Assembly (NCBI GenBank): GCA_003427395.1
Contig: BFEA01000001.1
Span: 1,694,280-1,758,279, forward strand
Source of the DNA: Chara braunii
Lineage: Eukaryota; Plantae; Charophyceae
DNA: 64,000 nucleotides
Reading direction: 5' to 3'
Positions 48,985 through 62,000 of this stretch are shown in pieces (the first letter of the stretch is position 1; each line of letters begins with the position of its first letter). The notes below the pieces were generated by a model that saw only the letters and a list, made by a program, of their open reading frames with translations, was not told where the DNA came from and ran no database searches. The position numbers were made by a program, and so were the translations under genes.

Positions 48985-50415
48985 TTGGTACAGTGCCATG
49001 TCAGCAGCAGTGCCACGTCAGCAACAGTGCGACATCAACAGTGCCACGACAGCAGCGGTACCAACGTCCGCAGTGCCCCGCCACCATGACGGTCTCAGTT
49101 CTGGGCATGCCAGGCCAACTGGCCAATGAGTCCATTGCTGAGTACCGACAGCAGTTCCAAGTTCAGCTTGCACTGATCGAGGCTGAGGAACAGCGTCAGG
49201 CGGCAGCTGAGGCTGCCCGCCTACAGGCTGAAGCGGCGGCAGTAGCTGAAAAGTAGCCACTTCAGGCCGAAGCTGATGCAGATGCCCAGGTCCGCCGCAA
49301 GGAGGCCCAGGAGCTGCTACAGCGGCACGAGGCCGCTAGCATTGAAAAGCTCAAGTTCTGGCATTTCGAACCATCCGAGAGATCATCAAGACCAACCGGG
49401 CTGCTGCACATGAGAAGACAGCGTGGCAGCCAGCCCGTGTGGAGAAGGGAAAATTTGGTCCGCGTCCGCAACATGTCGCTGCAGTCCAACCAGACACTAT
49501 TGTGGAAGACCCGACAGCCACCCAAGCATCACGTGAGGGAGATCAGGTGGCCGCCGTCCAGCCGCGAAGCAACAACTCCCGGGGAAAAGGAAGGCGAAAA
49601 CCGCATCGATGGCCGGAAATGGACAGCCAGTACCACAGCTCGGGAAACTGAGCTGCACGAGAGGTGAGGCGACTCCTCCTCCCACTCCGCCAGATTCAGC
49701 CGCCTTGCTAGCGGCCTCCTACACATCTGGGGAGGAGGCGCATGTCACAAGTCCTCATAATCTTACGAGGATTACGCTGTCCACTTGGTCCCACCGTTGG
49801 ACCAGCCACTCCACGTGCAACACTCCACCACATGCACGGTTTCACCACCATCGGCAACCGATTCGGCAGCTTCGCCGCAAACTATCGCCGGGGATTCGAC
49901 GTCATGGTCAAGACTTCAACAACTCGACCCAATGACTTTTGCGGTCTTCCAATGGATGCCCGTTCCCTCGACCGGTCGATTGCCGAAACCGCATTGCAAC
50001 GTGCTCAAGGCACAATTGCGGGATTACTTGCACACTGGAGTACTAGCTCCGTTGATGGACGCCGGAGTAGGGGTTGTTGACCTTCACGACTACGTTGCGA
50101 AGATCGACCGCGAGTTCAAGACACAACGGTACGACGACGTCAACGCGCCATTGTTGTACATACGCATTCAGATCAGAGAGGCGACCTGCAACGCGTTGAT
50201 CGATTGCGGAAGCATTCGCAACTATATGGGCCAAGATTTTTTGGTACGCACTGGCCTAGGGTCACACGTTCGGAGGAAGTCGCAGCCCACGCAAGTCACG
50301 TTGGCTGACAGTCATACGCACAAGTCAATTGACCGGTGCATTGACCCTGTCCCCGTGTACTTTGCCCCGCATGCAAGCTAGGCCGTGTCCTTCGACATTT
50401 TGGACACCAAGTTCA
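48985..50415 (+). pseudogene. Ty3/Gypsy gag-protease fragment
   Basis: Coiled-coil N-terminus MPGQLANESIAEYRQQ...; aspartic protease motif CNALIDCGSIRNYM...VTLAD. Disrupted by stops. Confidence 0.75.
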
Positions 50416-50633
50416 CAGATTTGCAAGCATCTGCACCGCTGATCTACGCCGACTACGAGCGACGAAGACTAGCTCAGGAAGCTTCGCAAACCTGCCTCTC
50501 CCACCCGGACTTTGGTCCCTCCCTCCGACAGGCAGCTTACCCTCGTAGGTAAGCTCGGTCTTTCAAGGAGGGGGGGGTCTGGCATACTGCGGATCCACAC
50601 GGGCCTGCAAGGCCCGACCAAACAAGGAAAAGT

Positions 50634-50895
50634 AAGGGCCCTACAGGCCCTGTGTCGTTTTCAGCCTGAAAGCCTGAAAACAAGGGCCTACAGGCCCTGT
50701 GTCGTTTTCAGCCTGAAAGCCTGAAAACAAGGGCCTACAAGCCCTGTGTCGTTTTCAGCCTGAAAGCCTGAAAACAAGGGCCTACAGGCCCTGTGTCGTT
50801 TCAGCCTGAAAGCCTGAAAACGAGGGCTGAAAACGAGGGTTCTACAAGCCCTGTGTCGTTTCAGCCTAAAAGCCTGAAAACGAGGGCCATTTTCA
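50634..50895. repeat. 47-bp tandem repeat, ~5 copies
   Basis: AAGGGCCTACAGGCCCTGTGTCGTTTTCAGCCTGAAAGCCTGAAAAC. Confidence 0.92.
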
Positions 50896-51243
50896 GGCCC
50901 TCGTAAAGTCGACCTGCCCTGAACCTTGGGCACCAGACCAGGGTTTTTAGCACAGGCCATTTTTGGCCTGTTTTCAAGACAACCTTTGTTTGGACTTCAA
51001 CAGCAGGGTCTGGCCCGTTTTGGCATTGGCAAGAGCAGCCTCCTGGAAGGGCCAGCACTATATAAGACTGGGCCGCCCTGCTGGCTGCAGGAGGCAGTCA
51101 AGACGTAGTTCATAGGAACTTCCCATGCACTTCACGTGCAGGAGGCAGGAGGCCGTCTTCAGGACTCTGGAGGAGCGCTGCAAGAGTTGTAGTAGCGTTA
51201 GCAGTAGTCTTCAGCGCTGGGCGCTAGTAGGAGCTAGAGTAGC

Positions 51244-51318
<75 letters not shown>

Positions 51319-51423
51319 NNNNNNNNNNNNNNNNNNNNNNNNNNNNNNNNNNNNNNNNNNNNNNNNNNNNNNNNNNNNNNNNNNNNNNNNNNNNNNNNNN
51401 NNNNNNNNNNNNNNNNNNNNNNN

Positions 51424-51507
<84 letters not shown>

Positions 51508-52176
51508 CTACCTCTTCGGATTTCAGACTGCTAATGGAAAAGAAAAATAATAACGAATGGAGATAATCAAAGTAACTGAACTGCGAAAAATAAAAAAATT
51601 CCGCAAGTTTGGAAAATTCCGAAACATAAAAAAATCCGGAATTTCTCGGGTAAGAGTGTGCGCAGTTTGAAAACAAATGACTGCTAGAGGAATTTCCCGT
51701 AAAAAGCAGTTTCCAAATCTGTGAATAACGGTGAAAATTTTGAAATTTCCGTTACACCTGGAATGTGCGAAAAATAATAAAAAAATGCGAAAGTTTTCGG
51801 AAATAAGTTCGAATAATGAATTTCAGAAAAAAAAATTCGGAATTTCGAATTAACCGGGAATTGCGAAGGAAAAGATGAATCGAAAAAAAATCCGTAATAT
51901 ATCCGGACCTCCAGCACCGGAATTTGGAATTTCATCGAAAAGGAAAAATGAAAATTTCAGATGCTACGCTATTGCGATTTTCCACGAATGAGAATAGCGG
52001 GAAAATGAAATCCAAGAAAAAAGAAAAAAAAAATCGATTTCAGCAGTTAGGTCGAAATCACCGATTTTGAGGACTAATTAGTGTAATCTAATTAATCAAT
52101 CAATCAATCAAATCGAATCAATCCTTGATTGCCCCTGCGATTGTGTCAGATCAGGTTGTCCTGATTCACAAGCGGG

Positions 52177-52188
52177 GCTCCGATACCA
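52177..52188 (-). promoter_or_regulatory. PBS (tRNA-iMet) of a minus-strand LTR element; LTR remnant begins at 52192
   Basis: Reverse complement TGGTATCGGAGC lies adjacent to a TG terminus. Confidence 0.65.
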
Positions 52189-53534
52189 AACTGATGCATG
52201 CCCAGTGGGACAATGCGTAGGGAGCCAAGGATCCACAATGTGATGAAAAGAACTGAAATGGACAATGCAAGGTCAGCGTAGCATCAACAAGCAATGTACA
52301 TTCCGATACATACAAGATGGCACAAGTGGCGCAGTGGAAGACTTAAAAGAGAACATCTGATCTGATCTAGACTGACCCATCATCCATCATACATCTCACA
52401 AGTGAGAGGGGAGAAGTTGACCGCAATCACAGAAGAAAGGTCCCACCTTCGCACACATACATGGGGAGATACCAGGGATGAGAGATGAGGGGAAGGGAAG
52501 AGATGAAGGAGGAGGCGAGGGAGTAGACCAAGACCGCGATAGCGAAGTCCCAAAAATAGTCCCTTGCCAAGTGTCCAATCAATGTCTGTCCCATAAATGT
52601 CGAATCAGATCCTGGGCGATGTGCCCAGCATAACCTCTGCCTGTATTCCCTACTGATAACCTCTCTCACTCCCGTCGATGAAGCAGAAGATAAGAAAGAG
52701 GAGGAAGGAGGAAGAAGGGAGAGAGAGAGATGGAGGAGGAGGAAGAAGAAGACGACGTCCTCCTTGCTATCTCACCTGCAGGTAGCTGTCACCGTACTGA
52801 CTGTGGTCGTTGTTGTGTGCAGGTACCGCGTGGATTCCGGCTATGGCGCCAGGTAAGCTCGCCGTTTTGCAGGTAAGGCCTCCGCCTCTCTCTACTACCT
52901 ATGCTGCTACTCCCTACTCCATAGCTTAGCGCAGAATATCGCTGCCTCCAACCAGCAGCGTGTCGCTCCAGAAGTGAGCTACTTGAACTGTGCTTGCCCA
53001 GCGGCTGCCCAGCTATTTGTAGCGCTGGGAGGGCTGGGCCTACCTGATGCTGGCCTCAGAAAAATGGCCCAGCTGGTCTGGATCCCTACCGAACGTCCAG
53101 ACCATGCTGCTGATGCAGCAAGGCGCAGAAATGCGCCTGGCCTAAAAATGGCCCGGTAACTGTGCACCTACCCCAAGGTGTCGCCTTGGGACGTGCAGGA
53201 CTGAAACGACGCCTGCACCTACCGGTCTGGTGCCAAAATGCGCCTGGCCTCGTTTCGGGCCTGCCTCCAGTGTACCCAGTCCCAAGGTCTGGCCTTGGGG
53301 CTGCAAGTCCGAAATGGCGCCTGAAAGACAAAGCAAGACAGCACACACACACAAAAATGTAAGTAAAACTAAACCTATCTAACTAGTGTGCTACCTAGGG
53401 CCTGAAGGGCCGACGTGGGCCTCCAGTGCGCGTGCTGTATGGTATGCAGCCTGGGGGCCCCTCAGCAACCGTCGGGCCCCTTAAATGGGGCCCGTGTGCA
53501 GGTGCAGCATGCAACATCTATGCTGCCCCCAACC

Positions 53535-54756
53535 ATGGACGGCCACGCGGACGTCGACGACATTTTGGAGCATAGAGACATGCCTGTTCCCAAGCCTGTC
53601 AGCAGAGGAAGACTGTCGAAACCTAAGAGGGAATACAGGTTCAGATTCAGGCATCACATGGATCCAAAAGAAGACCGATGGTTCACGAGAGAGGAACTAA
53701 TTGAAACAGCACCTCAGATTGTGGCAGATTATGAAAGAAGGTGGAAGGCACCTGCATAGAAGCATCTCAGCGGACTCTCCAAGCTAAGGGGGATGGAATG
53801 TGAGGAATGCGTCCTCAGGGGCCCTTAGACAACATGCATATGTTCTGCCTGTGGGGCCCCAGCAAGCCTCATGCCCACCCTAATGGAAGGCAGGCCTGAT
53901 TATTCACAAGAAGCCTCTATCTAGGCATTTTCCAATACGGGTCTCAGCTAGTTGCTGTACGACAGTTGGCTGAAGTACAGCCTGAGCCTTACCCTCGGCT
54001 CTTCGAGAGGAAGCAACTGCGCCAGGCACTTGAGCCCAGGGCCCGGGTGGTTGTGCCCTGGGCACACACATGTTGAGGCCGACACATAATGAAGCGGTCG
54101 CGGGCCAACACGAAAGCAGCATTGTCGTTGTATCTGCCCCTGGACTAGTGCAAATGCAGCAAACAGTCGGAGCCTGGAAAATACTGGGTCTGCCCAACTG
54201 CAAAGGGGCCCAGACCCTCAACTGCCAAAGCAGGGCCTGGGCACAGGTACTGGGGCCCAACCGGAAGCTACTGGAAACCTCCACGGCCAGGCCCACACAG
54301 TCCAGCAGCGGCTGCCACTTCCATATAGGAAGCAGGGAAGCTAGGGGAAAGTATTCTGGCCAATGCTGGCATTGCGGACACGCTGCTGCGCCAGCATGCA
54401 AGTGTCTGCATTGCGCAGCTGCTGCCTGGGGTGTGCTTGGGCGTTGCGAGGTGAGGGTGCTGCAGGGCAGCGGGGCGATTGCGACTATAGCCGGGCTGCA
54501 GGGCATGAGGCAGGTGAAGGGCAACAGAAGGGTCTTCGAGAGAGGCGAGACGAGGATACATACCTGGCGTATGTGAGAGGTCGGCATTGGTGTTGACGGC
54601 ATGTACATTGGTCTTCAGAGTCGAAGTGAGCCTGTTGCGAGAACGTAGATAGGATAGATAGGCAAGTAGAGTAGGCTGGGCGCTGGGCGCCAGACAGAGA
54701 GGAGCGACATTGAATACTGCGTTGGTGTGGCCTGAGGGTTTGAACATTGGCTCACG
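53535..54756 (+). mobile_element. Chromovirus 3' end: chromodomain, PPT and ~960-bp 3' LTR (53799-54756)
   Basis: VDDILEHR...EYRFRF...EDRWFTREEL, then AAGGGGGATGGAA, then TGTGAGG...GGCTCACG. Confidence 0.7.
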
Positions 54757-55013
54757 AGTTCATTGTATTGCTCTTATTTGGATGGAATCTTGGCGCATTT
54801 GAGCTCTTTGCTTGTACATGACTATCTGGACATCTGCGTGATTTTGCAATTTGGTTTTCTGTATATCGCTCGCGCTCATATTCCTTGCATCGACCTCTTC
54901 CTTTTGATTTCTTGTTCTCCTTTTCTGACGTATATAGCGTGCATGCGGGGATGAATGGATGGGATGGGTTGAACACACATGCTCTTGTTTTGGTTTTTGG
55001 TTTTCTTTTGCAG

Positions 55014-55068
55014 GCACAGACAGAATCTCATCAAGATGAATGGAAGAAGCTCGAACGTGCAAGAAAAG
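55014..55068 (+). CDS. Host gene exon 3
   Basis: Strong acceptor TTTTCTTTTGCAG and donor AAG|GTGAGC. Phase 0 matches exon 2. Encodes AQTESHQDEWKKLERARK. Confidence 0.65.
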
Positions 55069-56332
55069 GTGAGCAATTAGTTGTCGTGCTCTCCCAGGAC
55101 ATATTTACACACAAAAGTTTAAACTTAAAACTTTAAAGGCAGGCAAATGCATGCTTATATGTCTTCCCAGCTTCCTTCCTTTGTGCTAGACCGGTGAAAT
55201 CTGCAATGAACCTCCCAGTTCACCACCAATGAGCACAGACAATCACACACCATGCGCCAATGAGATCACACAAAGTTCACACTGAAGGCTAGAGAGACGA
55301 AGACCAGGTAAGCGCAGCTTTATAATTCCAACAAATTATCATATGAGCAATTAAGAGTTCCAGTCACAAGCGCTCAACCGTGCAGATCCAAGTAACCAGT
55401 ATCCTCATTCAGGTAAGTACCTCTCTCAGTTCTCCTCTCTTCTCTCTTAGTCTTCTCTCCTTCTATTACCTCCCTGTGTCTTCTCTCCCTACTTGCATGC
55501 ACTCAAGTGTCTCTACCACTCAAGGACCAACTTTGAATAAATCCACTGCTAACTCCACTAACCCCTCTGAGGACCAACTCTGAATACATCCACTGCTTAC
55601 TCCACTAACCCCTCTGAGGTCTACTACTAACTACTAGCACTGGTGTGGCTATGGCTGCCTTCCCTCTGCCAGCGCCGGGGCAGCTATGGCTGCTCCCTCT
55701 CTCTCCCTCTACCAGCGCAGCTCCCTGGCTCAGCGCTCAGCTCCTCACAATAGCGCACAAGTGCACCAGCGCTTCCACACCTCATGCGAATGAGCAATCT
55801 GTCCCAATGAGGAGGCTGGCCAGTCCTTATATTGTCTTGGACTGAGCTTGAACTCGTCCCAGCCTCTGCTTCTTGGGCTTGACTTGGTTCGGGTTCCACA
55901 TCCACACAGCCTGTTTACTTCAGAATGTCAGGGCCTGGTATTTTTCCCGAATTTCCATTGGTGTGCTGCTGCTTGGGCCTGTGAGTCACGACTTTTCACT
56001 TGTGGGACAGGACTGTTGACTTTGGATTGTGACTCCTGCCTCTGGGACATGACTTTTGCCTGGGGAATTGTCGTTTGCCCGTGGGATGTGACTTTTCAAT
56101 TCAATATGAGACATGAGTTTTGCTTATAGAATGCAACCTTTGCCCCTGGGATGTGACTGTTCAACGGGTGCCTGTTGGACTTGACTCCTAAGGTACCGGA
56201 CTGTGACTTCTCTGAAACTGACCGTCTTGGCCTAAGACCTTGACCCTGAAACTCGAATTTGGGGTCTGAATCGTGGAAGGCCTTTCACTCTTGCCGTCCT
56301 AATGTCGAGGTCCTCTGAGAAAGTTATCAACT

Positions 56333-56563
56333 TTATCTATCAATTATGTTAATTTCTCTTTTAGCTCGCTCAAAATAAGACACAATATGCAGTGCCGTTT
56401 CAATTAGTTCGTCTCTTGTGAACCACCGATCTTCTGAAGGTTCCTGATATGCAAGTCTAACCTTATACTGTCGCTGCGGTCTACCCCTGCGCCCAGATCT
56501 GTAAATATCTTTCTCAACAATCCGATCTACATCATACTTTCCATCCATATCCGGGTGAATCAT
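56333..56563 (-). pseudogene. Integrase chromodomain
   Basis: YDVDRIVEK...QYKVRL...EDRWFTRDEL. Confidence 0.8.
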
Positions 56564-56759
56564 ACATCCTCAAGTTGGAAACAGTTCATTACTAACGCAA
56601 GGAAGTAACTTCGGTGCATGAAACACCGGATAAGTGTGCAAATGTGGCGGAATCTCAAGATTCTCAACAACATAAGAAGGACCATCCACATCACCAATCA
56701 CATCGAGAATCTGCCACGGTCCTCTATAAGCAGGCAACAATTTCTGGGAAATGTTCTCT

Positions 56760-57640
56760 TCAGGGAGAAATTCTTTTTGACTTCACCCAGACCATGCCTC
56801 CTACAGCAAATTGTGAAGGCCTGTGGTGCTTATTAGCCTGTTCTACCATCTGATGATGTGCCTTACTAATGTTCTCTTTAACCTTTTCTAGGTCTTTTTG
56901 ATACTGAATATAAAATTCCCTAGTCACTGGCGGCAGTCTTTGCACTTGATCAGGGTTCAGAGAGTCAATGGGTCTACGAGGGCGCCATCCGAGATGCAGT
57001 TCAGTAGGTGTTCTATACGTGGCTAGATGCACAGAGTCATTATAGGCACTTGCAACCTTCGGCAGATGTTCATCCCAGTCAATCTTATCCGGCCGGATGT
57101 ACATGCGCAGCACCTGCTGCAGCAGTTTGTTCATCTGCTCAGTCTGTCCATTCGTCTCAGGGTGTCTACCTGAAGACATAGTCAGTTTGGACCCGTATAC
57201 CTTCATCAGTTGCTGCCATTGTTCACCTGTGAACCGCAAATCCTTGTCACTTACAATAGTCAAGGGATGCCCAAAACCCTTCACCCAATGATTAAAGAAA
57301 TCCCTAATCACTAAATCGGTTCTTGCTTCTGCAGGGAGTGGAATGAACACAGCAAACTTACTAAATCGGTCTACCACAACCATAACTTGACTTTTGCCAT
57401 TCCTGTTTTTCACTTTAGTGTGGACACGGAGTCCCCGGGTCCCGATGGAATAGGAAGTGGTTTGAGTAATCCAAGGGGAGGCCGTGGTACTCTTGTTCCT
57501 CTGACATACCTGACAACCTTGCACATAGGAAATGCACTCATGCGTCATTCGCGGCCACGTGTAGGAGCGCAGGAGGTTAGCATAAGTCTTCCTCCATCCG
57601 AAGTGCCCCTTGGTGTCGTGGTTTTCCCCAAGTATGATGC
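56760..57640 (-). pseudogene. Integrase (HHCC + DDE core), frameshifted
   Basis: CQVCQRNK, VVVDRFSK, IVSDKD and HPETNGQTEQMN. Confidence 0.92.
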
Positions 57641-57699
57641 TGCGAATTTCTTCGTTGTTCGGGATGCGTAGTCGATAATGGACGTATGTTATAGATATG

Positions 57700-59307
57700 T
57701 GACAATAGCACCGAAAAAGTCAGCTCTTCTACTCAACGCATCGGCGACGACATTGTACTGGCTTCAACTCAAAGTCAAATTGATCAATTTCCCTGGCCCA
57801 CCTAGTCAGCTTGGGCGTCATCCGGGCGTGGGTCTTTTGCCAGCGAACGTTTCATGTTTGGAATAGACTTTGAAGTAGTGTCCTAGCACGTAGTGTCGCC
57901 AATCGCTCAAAGCTTTCCGTAGAGCAAACAACTCTCTTTCATTAGTGGAAGCGGCGACCTTTTTGCTAGGCAGTCTACAGGACATAAATTCCACAGGTCT
58001 GTACCCATTCGCATCGTCTTGCTGGAGTACAACACCGATCCGGTATTGACTGGCATCAGTGGTTACGATAAAAGGCAGAGATGAGTCTGCGACTTTCCAC
58101 ACCGTGTACTTAATTAGACATTTCTTCATACGCTTAAAGGACTCAGTGCAATCCTGATCCCATTTCTAGACAATTTATTTCTTCAACAATCTGCGCAATG
58201 GGGCAGCAATTACCGTAAAGTTCCGAACAAGCCCGCGGTAATAGTTGACCAGACCAAGGAACGAAGCAGTTCCGTCAGCGTGCGCGGGTTAGGCCAGTCC
58301 GCGACTTTCAACACCGGGTAGTTAATCAAACATTTCTTCAGACGCTTGAAGGACATAGTGCAATCCTGATCCCATTTCCAGACAGTTTCTTTCTTCAACA
58401 ATCTGCGCAATTGGGCAGCGATTACCATAAAGTTTGGAACAAGCTTGCAGTAATAGTTGGCCAGACCAAGGAACGAACGCAGTTCAGTCAGCGTGTGCGG
58501 GTTAGGCCTTGCAATCTTGGCGTTTTCCGGCTTGATCCCATCACCATTTACGGTTTACCATATGTCCCAAGTACAAAACCTGACGCTTTGCCCTCTCACA
58601 CTTCTTCAGGTTAATCTTAAACTTCGCCTCACGTAACTATTTAGCACAACTCGAAGGTGCTCCTCATGCTCACTCTAACTCTTACCAAAGATCGATATAT
58701 CATCTAAATAAACGACAACAAACTTTCGAAGCCACTCACGAAAAAGCTCATTCATACATCTCTGGAAAGTTGCAGGAGCATTCGTCAGTCCAAACGGCAT
58801 TACCACAAACTCACAGCGGTCGTACCGGGTCCGAAAAACCGTTTTGTGCTGATCCTCAAGCAATACCTCGATCCGATGGTAGCTTGACTTCAAATCTATT
58901 TTCAAAAAATATCTGCAACCTTGCACTTGGTCTTAGAGAGAATTTATCCTTGTCAATGCCTCAGCATTCTTGACTGTTATTGTGTCGAGTCCCCTATAGT
59001 CTATGTACAAATGCAGTTTGCCGCCCTTCTTTGACACAAACAAAACCGATGCACCGAACAACGAGGAGCTTGGTCTAATCCACCCCTTCTCAATCAACTC
59101 ATCCAGTTGCTTCCGCACGTTGTCGAGCTCTTTTGGAGACATCCTATAGATGGGGCCCTTGGGGATCCGGCTTCCGGGTTCCAACTCTATCCGGTGCTTA
59201 GTTTCTCTCTCAACCACCCCGCTTGGGGCCTCTCCCACATCTGAGAACTCAGCAAGAATATTTCTGCACATTGGGGGGCATTGGCTCTTCTTCTTTCTTT
59301 TCTGCAC
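57700..59307 (-). pseudogene. Reverse transcriptase and RNase H, disrupted
   Basis: GWIRPSSS, IDYRGL, VMPFGLTNAPATFQR, VYLDDI, VTTDAS and ERELFAL. Confidence 0.93.
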
Positions 59308-60010
59308 TCATCGGGGCCACATATGCAACAAACACTTGGTCGGCGAGGTGATTCTTGACCATATGCCGGGCGAACGCGGGGTCACTCGCGCAGCAAAGGG
59401 ACAAGCTACCTTCTACGCCGAATGCATCGAACAAACACACTTTCTTCTTCCCACCTAGGGCGCTAGGCAAACAACACTCGTGCTCACCCAGTTTTATGTC
59501 TGCATCCGCGGCCTTGCCCCAATCAGTTCCTAAGATCATGTCAAAAGGGAGGCTGTCCTCCACTAAGAGTGCCAGGGAGTGCAGAACACGTTCTACCTTA
59601 CCCCCTGCCTCCAACCGGAAGTATGCCCTAACTCCTTCAACATAACTATCTACTACCATTTCCCTATTATCCACTAACTTGCTCACGACGGGCTGGTTTA
59701 ACTTCTGGACCTTCAGCCCTAGGCGCATCTTCTGCAGCCCTTTCTTGCTAATATAGTTGTGTGTTGACCCACTATCTATTAACGCACCCACTCTTGCTCT
59801 ACTGACCTCTATGTCTACAATTAGCAACTGCCCTTTCTTTTTCTTCATCTCGGCCCAAGCGTGGCGACGAGTGATCAGTTCATCACCTATGCTTGCGAGG
59901 GAACCACATAGAGAGGTTCTAACACAAACAACCTCCGGGCAGCTCACTAGGTGGGGGCCAACTACCGTCTCAGTCTCTGCCATTGTGACCTCTGGATGGG
60001 AGGATGACAA
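59249..60010 (-). pseudogene. Aspartic protease
   Basis: ALIDSGSTHNYI and DMILGTDW. Confidence 0.9.
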
Positions 60011-60153
60011 TCTGCTTGCATCCAGAGTTCCTGTAGAGGCAACTGCTACCTCTACTGGCTGTTCCCTTTTGGGTGCCGATACTCGGGACAGAAGGGAACA
60101 AGGTGGTCGGGGTCACTACATTCAAAACACTGGCCGGCTGCCTTACGCTCATC

Positions 60154-62000
60154 TCACATCTTCTCATCAATCCCCATTTGTCCCCAAGGTTTGCCTATAG
60201 CGATCCCGGGATGGGGTGGATATGGCCGCAAGTTGTTGTTTCCTCTACCTCTACCCCCTGTGGAGTAGGAACCTCTTCCACCTTGCAAGGGACCATTACC
60301 CCTACCTCCCGCATAGTAGCTACCTTCGCCACTACCCCTCTGGCCAGCGGGTCCCCTTCCTCCACCTCGGCCGCGACCTCCTCTACCTCTACCACGGCCT
60401 CGTCCTCCCTGTCGCCCTCCCCCGGGGGCGGCAACAGCCGCATAGTCCCCTCCCTCAGCTAAGTGACTGCTATCTTCATCTAGTCCATAGTCTATTTGGT
60501 CGTAGGTTGGTGACTTGACACCTCCTTCCTCAAAAGTGACGAGTAAATTATCTTTCCCTGCTATATTACCGAAGATCGTTCGATCTCTCCACTTTTTACC
60601 CGCCTGCAGGTCCTTCCAATAATGGCAATATTGTGCCTCCTGCAGGAAGCCAGCATGATCCACTGCGATCTTGCTGAACTTCTCGTAGGTTATCCCGTCT
60701 TCCTTGGTGCGGGGATATAACTGAGTTCTTAGGGTATCTGGGAGCGCCCTAACAAAGGTGTTCAGGATCTGTGCAGGTGTCAGTCTGTGATCTGGACATT
60801 GCAGTAACTCGTCCATGGTAGCCTTGAGTGCTGACGCACTCTTCCACTTGCGGTCGGTAATGTTGAGGATCAGGGACTCTGTCCTACGGGCCAGGTTCTT
60901 GTCCTTGAACCTTTCTCTCAGGGCCTTGAAGAAGTCTTCTATGCTTAACTTCTGCGAATACTGAACCATGGACGTACAGCCGGCCTCTTTCATTAGAGAG
61001 ATGGGGAAACTAATTGCATCACCTGACAGACACGAACTCGCCATTAGCACACGGTCCCAATATGGTATTTTCTGCGCGTACAGGTAGGTGTCCATTGCTG
61101 CTTCCCAGTGGAAGATACTTTCTTCCTTCTTCCCTGTATGTGTCCAGGGTATCTTCACCTTCATCTTTTGGGACCCTTTCCTTTTCTGTCCCCATCGTCA
61201 CCATCATCGCCTCCATCTCCTCCCCCACCACCAATCTTTAATTTCCTTACTGCGACAGAGTCGGATAACCTTTGGCAGAGGGCTTTATCTAATTGTTCCA
61301 TATACTCTAATATACGGTAGTCAATTTGCTCCGAGGCACTATGCAGGAAGTTATTCCAGACGCCTTCGAACTCCCCTTGGTGCAATTCTATTCTATTAAC
61401 AGTCCAATGGAGTGCAGCAAGTTCGTCGTTAGTATGGAGGAGTCTGTTAGGAGGGAGAGTGTTTCATCTGTGGCAGCATGATTCCCTTTCTGTTCCTGCA
61501 GCATCTTCTGCAACCTCTCCCCCTCCTCTTTCATCCTTTAGTTTTCATTATATTCCTGCCTTTTTGCCGTCGCCATCTTATTATTCAATTCCACTTTCTT
61601 CTCTTCCAGCAGTATGTTTTTTTCTGCCTCTTCCGCTGCTGAGGCCATCTTTATGACAAAGGCATTTTTCTCCTCCTCCGTTTCTTCTGGGAACTCCGTC
61701 CGGTAACCAAACTGACCCATCCAGTCCATCGCCTCCAATTATTGCATACGAATAGACCCTGCTTGGCTGCTCTCAGCCCTTTCCTCCTGTGGCTGGGTCC
61801 TTCTTCTTTCCAGCCTTTCTTCCTCTTCTTCTTCTTCTTCCTCCATCTTTCTTTTCTTTTCCTCCTCTTTTTTTTTTCTTTTCTCAGCCAGGCGGCGATC
61901 TATCTCTGCCTGCTCTTCGGCTGTATAAACCTGTGTTGACTTCCCAGATTTCAAGATCGCATGTGAAAAGAACGTCCGTTGGAAACCAAGAGGAAAGATA
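60154..62000 (-). pseudogene. Gag (coiled-coil N-terminus, capsid, RGG-rich nucleocapsid region), frameshifted
   Basis: IFHWEAAM...LSGDAI...FFKALRERF, followed by GRGRGRGRGG repeats. Confidence 0.8.

Noticed and set aside
53904-54747. Overlapping 160-234 aa ORFs
   Set aside because: They lie within a GC-rich LTR and contain no recognisable domains.
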